From Myxococcaceae bacterium (GTDB lineage Bacteria > Myxococcota > UBA727 > JABDBI01): DNA of 64,000 nucleotides. Shown here piece after piece: positions 40,082 through 49,262 of this stretch (position 1 is the stretch's first letter; each line of letters begins with the position of its first letter). The translations under genes were made by a program, and so were the position numbers. The DNA is taken from positions 95,777 through 159,776 of the forward strand of contig JAECQY010000002.1 in NCBI GenBank assembly GCA_016000045.1, read 5' to 3'. The notes beneath the pieces were generated by a model. That model was not told where the DNA came from. It saw only the letters and a list, made by a program, of their open reading frames with translations, and did no database searches.

Positions 40082-41446
40082 ATGAAAAAGTTATTACTAC
40101 TTGGTTCATTTGCTGTCTTTGCCATTTGCCTCTGTGCTCACTTCATCGACCGGCAACCGAGTAGTCTATGGACTCAGCAGTTGACCTCCGAAAATAAATC
40201 TGTCTCGATCCCATCGCTGGCTCCTTTGGTTGAAAGAGTCAAGCCTGCCGTTTTAGTAGTCACGACAGAGTCTTTGTCCAATCACCGACATCGGCTGCCT
40301 TACGGTTACTCGGAACCGAAACAGCAAGGTTTAGGAAGCGGCTTTATCATTCACCCATCCGGACTTGCTCTGACAAACAATCATGTGATTGCCAATGCAA
40401 CGCGAATCCGAGTCAAAGTGGGAGGCAAGCTTAAGGAATACGATGCTGAGATAGTCGGTACTGACCCCGACACGGACGTCGCTTTGATTCAAATCCAAAG
40501 TGCTAAAAAAGACTGGCCAGTCATTCCTTTAGGAGAATCCGGCAAAATGCTCGTAGGAGATTTCGCTGTCGCCATCGGCAATCCATTGGGACTGGATTAC
40601 TCGATCTCTTTTGGGCCGATCTCTGCCCTAGGACGCCGGGACATTCAGCCTTCGGGAAAACGTGGCTTGTTTGATTTTATCCAACTCAGCGCCCCAATCA
40701 ATCCTGGAAACTCGGGCGGGGCTTTAGTCAACCTTTCCGGAGAAGCGATCGGAATCAATACCGCCATCAATGCAGCCGGCCAAGGAATCGCTTTTGCCAT
40801 TCCGATAGACCAAGTTAAGCAAATTTTGCCTCAACTCAAAGCTCATGGCAAAGTAACTCGTTCGAGCCTTGGAATCCGGGTGATCGACGTGTCTCCTGAG
40901 CTTGCTCAAGAACTGGGTTTACCCCAAGCCCACGGTGTTTTGATCCGAGAGGTGTTAGCGAATTCTACCGCCATGCGCGCAGGATTACAGCCAGGCGATG
41001 TTATTACCGAATTTGAAGGCAAAGTACTCACCAACGCCCAAGCGCTCTTGGTAGAAACCGGGTTCGCTGGAGTCGGCAAAACCGTTCAGCTCAAATTATT
41101 CCGAGATGGCCAGTATCAAACCGTTCGCCTTAGCCTAGAAGCTCCCCCAGCACCCACAGAGCTAAAACCCTCGCAGTTACAAGAACTCGAAGCCTTGGGG
41201 ATTCGAGGCATTCAACAGGAGGATGCACACTATCCAGGGGTGCGCATCACAGAAGTGAACCCGTATTCTGCCGCTCATATAGCCGGTGTAGAGCCGGGCG
41301 ATGTCATGGTTCGGATCAATCGTCAAATGATAGACAGCGTCGAACGGTTGGCAATTACCCTTCGTTCCATCTCGCCCGGAAGCCCTTTTCGTGTTTTGGT
41401 CCGCCGCGATAATCGCTCTCTCTTGCTCATTGTTCGAAAGCCCTGA
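40082..41446 (+). CDS. periplasmic serine endoprotease DegP/HtrA with two PDZ domains
   Basis: Signal peptide, catalytic 'TNNHVI' (His), 'DVALIQ' (Asp), 'GNSGGAL' (Ser), and PDZ regions. Confidence 0.85.
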   Translation: MKKLLLLGSFAVFAICLCAHFIDRQPSSLWTQQLTSENKSVSIPSLAPLVERVKPAVLVVTTESLSNHRHRLPYGYSEPKQQGLGSGFIIHPSGLALTNNHVIANATRIRVKVGGKLKEYDAEIVGTDPDTDVALIQIQSAKKDWPVIPLGESGKMLVGDFAVAIGNPLGLDYSISFGPISALGRRDIQPSGKRGLFDFIQLSAPINPGNSGGALVNLSGEAIGINTAINAAGQGIAFAIPIDQVKQILPQLKAHGKVTRSSLGIRVIDVSPELAQELGLPQAHGVLIREVLANSTAMRAGLQPGDVITEFEGKVLTNAQALLVETGFAGVGKTVQLKLFRDGQYQTVRLSLEAPPAPTELKPSQLQELEALGIRGIQQEDAHYPGVRITEVNPYSAAHIAGVEPGDVMVRINRQMIDSVERLAITLRSISPGSPFRVLVRRDNRSLLLIVRKP

Positions 41447-41761
41447 CTCAATCGAAAACCAGATCAGCTTAGAGACCTATTTGACCGAGATTAGCTAGAA
41501 ACGAAGAGTTGAAGCATGCGGAGACTCCCTTGGATAACGCAGACGCTCGTTCACAAGACATGAAAGCTTTTCTCAATGATATGCACAATACCACAGAGAA
41601 ATTCTTGAAACCTTAAACTGTGTTAATATTGGTACGCGTCAGGCTTTTGGTTTAGGTCGCTTTGATACAAAAAATCATAGACCTGATTTCGAGTTTTTCT
41701 GCCTATGACAGCCAGCACACGGGAACAAGCGAGTGTTTTTGAAAATTGAACTTTAGCGGAT

Positions 41762-41838
41762 TGGTGCGCTCGAGAGGATTCGAACCTCTGACCCCCGGAA
41801 TCGAAATCCGGTGCTCTATCCAGCTGAGCTACGAACGC
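41762..41838 (-). tRNA. tRNA-Arg (anticodon UCG)
   Basis: Reverse complement GCGTTCGTAGCTCAGCTGGATAGAGCACCGGATTTCGATTCCGGGGGTCAGAGGTTCGAATCCTCTCGAGCGCACCA folds as a cloverleaf with anticodon loop TTTCGAT and an encoded CCA. Confidence 0.85.
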
Positions 41839-41841
41839 ATT

Positions 41842-41919
41842 TGGGGTGAATGAAGGGACTTGAACCCTCGACCCCCAGGGCCACAACCTGGTGCTCTAAC
41901 CGACTGAGCTACATCCACC
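41842..41919 (-). tRNA. tRNA-His (anticodon GUG) with an extra G-1
   Basis: Reverse complement GGTGGATGTAGCTCAGTCGGTTAGAGCACCAGGTTGTGGCCCTGGGGGTCGAGGGTTCAAGTCCCTTCATTCACCCCA; anticodon loop TTGTGGC. It lies 3 nt upstream of tRNA-Arg. Confidence 0.85.
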
Positions 41920-42052
41920 GCGTCAGCAAGCACTCGTATCGGGCATTATTCGATCTTTCAAGGGGCTTCAGGAGAAATACTCGAAAATCGAATTCCATTA
42001 CCTCATTCGCTCAGCAACTTCCTAGAGCATTCAAGTCAATTTTAGCCTAAAG

Positions 42053-42679
42053 TTGTTCCTATCCATCACCGTTCGTGGCATTCTGGAATTCATGGATCTG
42101 GTCCAATACATTCAATCGATTCCATCCTGGCAGTCTATGCTGGTTCTATTCGCTGCAGCTGTCATTGAATGTATTTTTCCGCCTTTCCCGGGTGATACCA
42201 TTCTAGTCGGCGGTGGTCTCTTGATCGCCCAAGGCGTGCTTCCCTTGATTCCTACCTACTGCCTCATGAGCGCTGGCTCGATTTTGGGAGCTTTTATCGG
42301 CTATTGGCTTGGCTATCATGGCTTAGGACTTCGACGCCTACTGAAAGCGGAGTCCATCCAACATCTTGAAAAAGCTTATGACCGATGGGGAGTTTTGTTA
42401 ATTTTATCCAATCGTTTTATCCCCGCTTTCCGAAGCGCTTTTATGATCGCAGCGGGGTTAATTCGAATGCCGATTCGACGAGTTCTCTTTTGGGGAACCC
42501 TTTCTTCTCTTTTGTGGAACGCCTTTTTGCTTCTGATCGGACACGCTTTCAGCGATCGCGTTGAAGACGCGATCCGATTCGCACAAGCCTACGGAAAAAC
42601 AGTTCTGATTTTCATCGGAATCTGCCTAATAGCGTACACGCTATTTAGAATAGGGGGGAAAAAGCATGGCAGCCGCTAG
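42053..42679 (+). CDS. DedA-family membrane protein, second paralog
   Basis: 208 aa. 'VLFAAAVIECIFPPFPGDTILVGGGLL' DedA core. Confidence 0.7.
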   Translation: MFLSITVRGILEFMDLVQYIQSIPSWQSMLVLFAAAVIECIFPPFPGDTILVGGGLLIAQGVLPLIPTYCLMSAGSILGAFIGYWLGYHGLGLRRLLKAESIQHLEKAYDRWGVLLILSNRFIPAFRSAFMIAAGLIRMPIRRVLFWGTLSSLLWNAFLLLIGHAFSDRVEDAIRFAQAYGKTVLIFIGICLIAYTLFRIGGKKHGSR

Positions 42680-42692
42680 TCATGCCGGCTGC
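42669..42692. terminator. candidate bidirectional hairpin between the convergent DedA and ssb genes
   Basis: 7-bp inverted repeat GCAGCCG(N10)CGGCTGC. The flanks are not U-rich, so this is weak. Confidence 0.3.
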
Positions 42693-42706
42693 TAAGCTCG
42701 TAACGA

Positions 42707-43138
42707 TTAAAACGGAACGTCTTCGTTCATATAGCCCATCGACGGATCGAAGTCTGTTTGAGGAGCCTGGAATGAACCTGCAGCCCCCATGCCCCCGACT
42801 CCTTCCTCACGCCCATTACCCAAGAAGATAAGCTGACTCACGACTACCTCAAGGCTAACCCGATCTTTCCCTTCTTTGTCTGCCCATTTTCGAGCTTGAA
42901 AGCGCCCTTCTGCGAATACTTGTCGCCCTTTTTTCAAAAATTTCTGAGCATTTTCAGCTGTTTTTCCAAAACAGACCAACGTAAACCATTCTGTATGATC
43001 GCTAAAAGCCTCCCCTTCTTTTCGACGCTCTGTGACGGCAACACGCAAATTACACATCGCCATACCGCCTTGGGAGTAACGTACCTCTGGATCCGCTCCT
43101 ACGTTCCCAATAATCGTCATTTTACTAATTCCAGCCAT
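42707..43138 (-). CDS. ssb: single-stranded DNA-binding protein
   Basis: OB-fold 'MTIIGNVGADPEVRY...', a Gly-rich linker, and an acidic C-terminal tail ending '...NEDVPF'. Start taken at the internal Met. Confidence 0.85.
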   Translation of the reverse strand: MAGISKMTIIGNVGADPEVRYSQGGMAMCNLRVAVTERRKEGEAFSDHTEWFTLVCFGKTAENAQKFLKKGRQVFAEGRFQARKWADKEGKDRVSLEVVVSQLIFLGNGREEGVGGMGAAGSFQAPQTDFDPSMGYMNEDVPF

Positions 43139-43377
43139 GTTTACACCTCGAAGGGTAGTGCATAAAGTGAGATCTCCACTTTGTAAATGGGCCACTCAAA
43201 TATTTTTTATATCTATTTATATATTTTCAAATAATCACAAACAACTATCTTCTTTTGAAGAAAAAAGCCTTCTGAACGCACTGCGCAAATCCATTTTTGG
43301 GCCCCTATCGAGGACTGAAGAACACCTTGGTGACTTTAGGATTTGGGCAAGCTTTCTAAAAGAGTCGTTGGATTCTC

Positions 43378-44322
43378 TTAAACAAATAAGCTTGAAATAC
43401 TGGCACCCGTATGAACGCGCTGGATCGCCTCACCCACCAAGGAAGCGCAGCTTAAAACTCGCACTTTCTCACTCTCGGCAGCGGTTCCTCGCAGAGGAAT
43501 GCTATCGGTGATCACCACCTCCTCTAAACAAGAAGCGTCTATCCGAGACACCGCCTCACCAGATAATACACCGTGGGTCGCGTAAGCCCACACACCAATG
43601 GCTCCCGCTTTTTTGACGGCTTCGGCTCCTTTTACTAAAGTTCCCGCCGTATCGATCATATCGTCAATGATAATCGCGGCCTTCCCTTCTACTTCGCCAA
43701 TGATGTTCATCACCTCTGCAACGTTTGGCTTTGGGCGTCGTTTATCGATAATCGCGAGACCTGCTTGAAGTTTCTTTGCATAGGAACGAGCTCGTTCTAC
43801 CCCTCCTGCGTCCGGCGAAACAATCACAATTTCATCAGGTCGAAATTTAGCTTGGATATCTTCGATGAAAATGGGCGTTGCATACAAATTATCGACCGGA
43901 ATATTGAAGAAGCCTTGAATTTGAGCAGCATGTAAGTCGATCGAGATGACGCGCGTCGCTCCTGCGACTTCCAGCAGATCTGCCAATAACTTAGCCGTAA
44001 TGGGTTCTCTAGGACCCGCTTTACGATCCTGTCGAGCATAACCATAGTAGGGTATCACCACCGTGATCTCAGAAGCCGAAGCTCGCTTGAGAGCATCAAT
44101 CATGATAAGAAGCTCCATGACGTTCTCGTTGGCCGGTGGTGAGATCGATTGCAAACTATAAACGTGATGTCCACGAACGCTCTCTTCGATGGCCACAAAA
44201 GTTTCACCATCGGCAAAATGGTTAATCTTGCGAGCCCCTAGAGGTGTCTTCAGATATTGCGCCACCCGCTCAGCGAGGAGCGGATTCGAACTTCCTGAAA
44301 ATATTCGGATCGATTCACGCAT
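43378..44322 (-). CDS. prs: ribose-phosphate pyrophosphokinase
   Basis: 'IRIFSGSSNPLLAERVAQ', the PRPP-binding loop 'VVIVSPDAGGVERAR', and 'IIDDMIDTAGT'. Confidence 0.9.
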   Translation of the reverse strand: MRESIRIFSGSSNPLLAERVAQYLKTPLGARKINHFADGETFVAIEESVRGHHVYSLQSISPPANENVMELLIMIDALKRASASEITVVIPYYGYARQDRKAGPREPITAKLLADLLEVAGATRVISIDLHAAQIQGFFNIPVDNLYATPIFIEDIQAKFRPDEIVIVSPDAGGVERARSYAKKLQAGLAIIDKRRPKPNVAEVMNIIGEVEGKAAIIIDDMIDTAGTLVKGAEAVKKAGAIGVWAYATHGVLSGEAVSRIDASCLEEVVITDSIPLRGTAAESEKVRVLSCASLVGEAIQRVHTGASISSLFV

Positions 44323-44397
44323 TGGTTGGGGCGGAAGGATTCGAACCTTCGCATGTTGGAATCAAAATCCAATGACTTACCGCTTGTCTACGCCCCA
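44323..44397 (-). tRNA. tRNA-Gln (anticodon UUG)
   Basis: Reverse complement TGGGGCGTAGACAAGCGGTAAGTCATTGGATTTTGATTCCAACATGCGAAGGTTCGAATCCTTCCGCCCCAACCA; U1-A72 pair typical of tRNA-Gln; anticodon loop TTTTGAT. Confidence 0.85.
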
Positions 44398-44602
44398 GAA
44401 AAATCCTAGCTCCGTGTTTAACGTCTAAGCTGATTCTGTCAAGAGGAGTTTTTTGCTGAAGATGCTGTCCCAAAGCCAAGCAAGGACGATTTCCTAACGT
44501 TTTAAGTCTTTTTGTATACAGACCGACAGTCACACCCAGACGTTGAGCAGCAGCTTAAGTCTCAGCCTTTCGCCAAGCCTCTGTTTAACAGAATCTATGA
44601 AT

Positions 44603-44646
44603 CATAAAAACCAGAACATCGATTCTCTTTTAAGATGTTCTGGTTT
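44603..44646 (-). terminator. rho-independent terminator of the 44660-45157 gene
   Basis: Perfect 12-bp stem AACCAGAACATC / GATGTTCTGGTT with a 13-nt loop, followed on the minus strand by TTTTTAT. Confidence 0.75.
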
Positions 44647-44659
44647 CAGTATAAGGAAC

Positions 44660-45157
44660 TTAAGGTTTTGGAACATTAAACATAAACGAGCTCACGTTGT
44701 TACACTGACATTGGCCACCAACACCATTATGACTAGATATCAGCGTCACGTCGTAAAAGCAGTACCCAGCCTCACAGGCTCCTCCAGATAGGAGGACTTT
44801 GGCACCAATATCCCAATTATTTCCACCACATCCTATCTGATCTACGTGGTAGATTACTAAGTCATTATAAGCTTGACCATACATAGTTGGCTGTTGCCAA
44901 TTCTGCGGGGCTTGGCTATCGCAATCTGCATTACTATTACTTTTAATCGTGAGCGTAAACATTTCTGAATCCAGTGGAGAAGCATCTGCGCAAACATTTA
45001 ACCATGCGCCACCACAACAAGTTGCCTCGCCGCATTGAACTGCATCTCGAAACCTCTCTTTAGAGGAGTTTTTTTCAGCAAAAGCTACTGTCTCTAATAA
45101 TGCAAAGCAAATTAAAGAAACAGACTTTAATAATTTTCTAATCATCACATTTTTCAT
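44660..45157 (-). CDS. small secreted cysteine-rich protein of unknown family
   Basis: 165 aa, signal peptide 'MKNVMIRKLLKSVSLICFALLETVAFA', 16 Cys, and a strong terminator immediately downstream. Confidence 0.45.
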   Translation of the reverse strand: MKNVMIRKLLKSVSLICFALLETVAFAEKNSSKERFRDAVQCGEATCCGGAWLNVCADASPLDSEMFTLTIKSNSNADCDSQAPQNWQQPTMYGQAYNDLVIYHVDQIGCGGNNWDIGAKVLLSGGACEAGYCFYDVTLISSHNGVGGQCQCNNVSSFMFNVPKP

Positions 45158-45348
45158 TTTTAAATCTCCTATATTTCATGCAGGATTTATTGTCTGCATG
45201 AATAAGCGGAAGTTTGCTCTCAGAATTGTTGGAGTCAATTTCGGAAATTACACAAAATCGCACTTCAAAGCAAAAAATCAAAAAAGCCTTTATGGCTAGA
45301 ACGGTTCCGGTTTGAGATAGTTTAGTACCCACAGTGTTTGGAACCGCT

Positions 45349-46086
45349 CTAGCGACGGCTGGAGCGATTCAGGTATTTCTCAGGATCTACAGGGGTTCGG
45401 TTTTTTCGCACCTGGAAATAGACCCGCGGTGAATCAACACCCCCAGATTGGCCAACCGTTCCGATGGATTCGCCTTGTTTGACCCTCTGCCCCTTTTTAA
45501 CCAAAATTTGATCCAAATGCGCATAAATGGTCACAAAAGAATGTTCGTGATCGATAATAACAATCTTTCCATAATGTGCCTCTTCTTCTCCCACGTAGAG
45601 AATTTTCCCCTCTGCAGCCGAGTGAACCGAAGTTCCTAAAGGAGCTCCTACGCCAATTCCTTCATAGAGAGTTTGAGATCTCGAATCAAAAGATTTAAAT
45701 AAAACGGCATTCTTAACGGGCCATTCCAAAGCAATCTCTCGAGTATCTTCTTCGGATTTCGTCTTTTCAAAAACGGGTTCAGGTATTTTTTGAACAAAAG
45801 CCGATGGTTTTTTGGGCGCTGTTTGATTTTTTACAACAGGCTGAGATTCTAAGTAAGGAACAAAGAGCTTCTGATCAATTCGTAACTGAGAAGCATTTTC
45901 AATGCCATTCATCTCCATCAAATCCATCACCGAACAATGATTTTTCTGAGAAATACTGTAAAGCGTATCGCCTTTTTTAATGATGTAAACATAACCCCCC
46001 TGCCAGCTCGAGTGTTTTGAGGCATGCCAAAACACACAAGACGGCAGGAAAAATGATAATACGATTAAGCTAAGTGGCATTCTCAT
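45349..46086 (-). CDS. LysM-domain M23 family metallopeptidase (NlpD/EnvC-like)
   Basis: LysM 'GDTLYSISQK...' and M23 'HLDQILVKKGQRVKQGESIGTVGQSG'. Start taken at the internal Met after the pcnB stop. Confidence 0.75.
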   Translation of the reverse strand: MRMPLSLIVLSFFLPSCVFWHASKHSSWQGGYVYIIKKGDTLYSISQKNHCSVMDLMEMNGIENASQLRIDQKLFVPYLESQPVVKNQTAPKKPSAFVQKIPEPVFEKTKSEEDTREIALEWPVKNAVLFKSFDSRSQTLYEGIGVGAPLGTSVHSAAEGKILYVGEEEAHYGKIVIIDHEHSFVTIYAHLDQILVKKGQRVKQGESIGTVGQSGGVDSPRVYFQVRKNRTPVDPEKYLNRSSRR

Positions 46087-47269
46087 GAACAGAAAATCGA
46101 TTCCTTGAACGGTTTGGACGTTTTCTTCGGAAGTTTGTCCTGGGCTTCGGAACTCCACGTTTATCTTGAATATAAGGCTTACCCGCTTGCTTCGCGATTG
46201 CTTTCAGTTGGCCAATCGGCTCTAACGATTCATTTTGGCTATACAAAGAAATCGTATAAAGCATTAATGCTTCTCGAAACCAGGATTTATGCACGAGAGC
46301 TGGCGCAAAAGTACTCATTGCAGCAAGCATGCTTCGAATCTTATCCTGATCGTGTCGAGCAAGGCGTATTCGCTGGGCCCAATCAACACATAGTTTATCG
46401 ATCCAATTGCGCTCATTATGTTCCGATTTCTCGAAACTCAGATAAGTTGGTAAAAGAAGGCATGAAAACCCCACAGCAGCCGAAACATCGACATTCCGAC
46501 TCACGGCCTCATCAAGAGCTCTCAACATGTGATCCATATTCTCGGACAGCTCAGGCATGAATACTTCCAGAATGCCTAACTCGCGACATAAGCGAAAAGC
46601 TTCTTGAGAATGCCCAGAGCTTAGAAGACGGACAAACTCTTCCTGCAAGCGTGCCGGAGCACAGCGCGGAATCTCCGAAACGTGCCGCTTCATAGCTTCG
46701 TAGGTATTGGTTTCAATTTGGAAGCCGAGGCGGCTGGCAAATTTGATCGCTCGAATAATCCGAACAGGATCTTCTTGAAACCGAATATCGGGATCTCCTA
46801 CGGTACGAACGAGTCGAGCTTCCAGATCCTCTCGCCCTCCCACAAAGTCTAAAACCTTTCCATCAATCGGATCGTAAAAAAGACCATTGATGGTCAGATC
46901 TCGGCGTCTGGCATCCTCTTCGATATTGCCGTAGACATTATCGTGGGTCACCAGCAGATCTTCTGGGAGATCTTCCTGCAAATCGAGTGGATTTGCTCGA
47001 AACGTGGCTGTTTCGATAATCTGATTCCCTGGGAAGAAAACATGGGCCAACAAAAATCGTCGGCCAATTAAGCGCGAATTTTTAAAAATTTGCCGCACTT
47101 CTTCCGGTTTCGCATTGGTCGCAACATCAAAATCTTTTGGCGTTCTTCCCAAAAGCAAATCGCGCACACAACCACCGGTCAAATAAGCTTCATAATTTTT
47201 GGCTCTAAGCCTCTTGATAACCCACAATGCATTCAGATCGATCAAGGCCAAAGGAATTTCTGGTTCCAC
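46070..47269 (-). CDS. pcnB: poly(A) polymerase / tRNA nucleotidyltransferase family protein (PcnB-like)
   Basis: 'GGCVRDLLLGRTPKDFDVAT' nucleotidyltransferase head and an HD-like body. Its 5' end overlaps coaX by 65 bp, so the true start may be downstream. Confidence 0.75.
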   Translation of the reverse strand: MEPEIPLALIDLNALWVIKRLRAKNYEAYLTGGCVRDLLLGRTPKDFDVATNAKPEEVRQIFKNSRLIGRRFLLAHVFFPGNQIIETATFRANPLDLQEDLPEDLLVTHDNVYGNIEEDARRRDLTINGLFYDPIDGKVLDFVGGREDLEARLVRTVGDPDIRFQEDPVRIIRAIKFASRLGFQIETNTYEAMKRHVSEIPRCAPARLQEEFVRLLSSGHSQEAFRLCRELGILEVFMPELSENMDHMLRALDEAVSRNVDVSAAVGFSCLLLPTYLSFEKSEHNERNWIDKLCVDWAQRIRLARHDQDKIRSMLAAMSTFAPALVHKSWFREALMLYTISLYSQNESLEPIGQLKAIAKQAGKPYIQDKRGVPKPRTNFRRKRPNRSRNRFSVHENAT

Positions 47270-48032
47270 GAAAATACTCCTGATACAGCAAGCTGAGGCC
47301 AGAAAGAGTCAACTCTGGCTCAACAATTTCAATCGTTTTGGAGGCTTGCTTCATAAAAGGCGCCAATCCGCCTGTTGCGATCACCCGACATCGGGTTCCT
47401 ACTTCTTCTTGCATACTAAGCACAAGTCCATCAATCAAGGCGGCATGACCCAAAACCAGCCCGATTTGAAGATGTTCCACGGTTGTTTTTCCAATCGCTC
47501 GACTGGGGCTTTCCAACAGGACTCGATTCAACTTAGACGCTCTTTCAAACAATGCTTCGGAAGCGATTTCGAGGCCTGGAGCAATCGCTCCCCCAAGATA
47601 AGAACCGGAAGGACTGACAACATCAAAAGTTGTGGCAGTGCCCATATCAACGACGATCAAAGGGGCCTGAAAACGCTTCCAAGCAGCATAGACATTCACT
47701 AAACGATCCGCACCCAATTGCTCCGGGTGCATGACTTCGAGCGGCATATCTACCATCAGTTGACGCCCTACCCAAAGCGGAATCTGGCCCAAGTACGTGC
47801 GGCAAGCATCTTCCACACAGCGTCCAAGTTCAGTCACAACCGAGGCTACGCAAACTGCCTCAATATCTTGGATACGAATCCCTTTTCGCTCCAAAAGAGC
47901 GCTCATCCAATAACCCAATTCGTCGGCTGTCGCTTTGCGCTCCGTTCGAAATCGAATCGAACACGTTAGTTGAGAATCATTGTAAATACCTAATACAATG
48001 TTCGTATTCCCAATATCGATGACCGCTAGCAT
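47205..48032 (-). CDS. coaX: type III pantothenate kinase
   Basis: 'MLAVIDIGNTNIVLG' N-terminus and ASKHA-fold motifs. Confidence 0.8.
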   Translation of the reverse strand: MLAVIDIGNTNIVLGIYNDSQLTCSIRFRTERKATADELGYWMSALLERKGIRIQDIEAVCVASVVTELGRCVEDACRTYLGQIPLWVGRQLMVDMPLEVMHPEQLGADRLVNVYAAWKRFQAPLIVVDMGTATTFDVVSPSGSYLGGAIAPGLEIASEALFERASKLNRVLLESPSRAIGKTTVEHLQIGLVLGHAALIDGLVLSMQEEVGTRCRVIATGGLAPFMKQASKTIEIVEPELTLSGLSLLYQEYFRGTRNSFGLDRSECIVGYQEA

Positions 48033-48044
48033 GCGCAGCAGTCA

Positions 48045-49262
48045 TTAGCATTTTTTCCGGATTCTGGGAACTCCTATTAGCAAAATCAGAGCAAAGAACC
48101 AAAGATGGAAAGCTCCATTCGATGCATTGCAACCCGACTGTTGCCTGGCTGTGCTCAATGAACCAGAGTTAAAAGAGCTTGCCAAAGAAGCTGTCTCAAT
48201 GCAGGCCGATTCATGCACTGGATGGCTTTGGTTGTCTTTTAGGGGGTAACAGACTTCGGTATCCGTACAACCGCTACCCGTACTGCAATCCGTATAACAT
48301 AAAGAGCTTCCGCTTGAATTGGTCACACAAAGAAGCCCCACCGCGCATTTTCGCCAAGAACAATCCTCCGCCAAATGGCTGGATAAACTCGACCTCGTTT
48401 GGAAACTGCAAAACCCAGAATCACAAACCATCAGACTCCCAGAGCACTCTGAATCCGTCGCACAAGGCTTGGAACAGTATTGTTGAGCGTCTACAGTACG
48501 ACATTCAAATTCGGATTGACAACGGTGATGGCCCGAACAAGAGTCTCCCAACACACCCGGTGTCGTACCCGGATAAAGCATACGAATCGCCGATTGTTCG
48601 TCAAATCCTGGCTTATCGACCATGAAAACCGCTTGAGCGCTCATCAACTGTTCGCAAGCTACACAAGGATGCCCAAGGCCTAATACATGCCCAAATTCAT
48701 GCGAAAATGTTGCTTGAGGTGCAAAGCAATCAGCGAGATTCGTACAATTCGGATCCCAAACAATACCCAATTCGGGGCAAGCGTTGAGAACCATATCAGC
48801 ATCTTCCAAAATACGAACGGAACTTCCCTGAGCAACCGAGTACACAGGCAAGGTAACCCCCAGAATTCCCTCTGGGCCTGCTCCAATCAAGCTCATCCAC
48901 TCATCACGATCTCGTACCCAAAAAACATCGTGGCTGCTTGCATCAGTTCCGAATGAACGCTGGGATCCTACAGAACTTCTTAATGCAAGAGACGCATTGG
49001 GAGTTGCTTGCCAATCTTCTAGAACTCCTTGAACCAAAGATAGCCAAGTATCTGAATCGATGCCGTTTGGAAGCCCCTCCATATCGAGATAGAACTGCAT
49101 GCTGGAACCTGGCCAGCGCGGAGCGGATGCAGCTGTACAACCCAGTTTAGGGCTGTGTTCATCTCCCCAAACATTGCCTTGCGCATCGATGCTATTGCAA
49201 AGATAGCGATAGGAAACAGACGGCCAAGCCACTAGAACGCACAAGAATGCCCACAACCTCAT
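48045..49262 (-). CDS. secreted metzincin (matrixin/M10-like) zinc metalloprotease with a Cys-rich C-terminal region and a MYXO-CTERM-like tail
   Basis: Signal peptide, 'HEFGHVLGLGHP' (HExxHxxGxxH), a candidate Met-turn 'IRMLYP', repeated C..D.EC..C modules, and a terminal 'SGCNASNGAFHLWFFALILLIGVPRIRKKC'. Confidence 0.7.
   Translation of the reverse strand: MRLWAFLCVLVAWPSVSYRYLCNSIDAQGNVWGDEHSPKLGCTAASAPRWPGSSMQFYLDMEGLPNGIDSDTWLSLVQGVLEDWQATPNASLALRSSVGSQRSFGTDASSHDVFWVRDRDEWMSLIGAGPEGILGVTLPVYSVAQGSSVRILEDADMVLNACPELGIVWDPNCTNLADCFAPQATFSHEFGHVLGLGHPCVACEQLMSAQAVFMVDKPGFDEQSAIRMLYPGTTPGVLGDSCSGHHRCQSEFECRTVDAQQYCSKPCATDSECSGSLMVCDSGFCSFQTRSSLSSHLAEDCSWRKCAVGLLCVTNSSGSSLCYTDCSTGSGCTDTEVCYPLKDNQSHPVHESACIETASLASSFNSGSLSTARQQSGCNASNGAFHLWFFALILLIGVPRIRKKC

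Noticed and set aside
41623-41886. 87-aa ORF 'MWPWGSRVQVPSFTPNAFVAQLDRAPDFDSGGQRFESSRAH...'
   Set aside because: It is the translation of the tRNA-Arg/tRNA-His genes themselves, a well-known artefact peptide of tRNA sequence. It is not a CDS.
42896-43165. Plus-strand 89-aa ORF antisense to ssb
   Set aside because: It is the shadow of the ssb reading frame.
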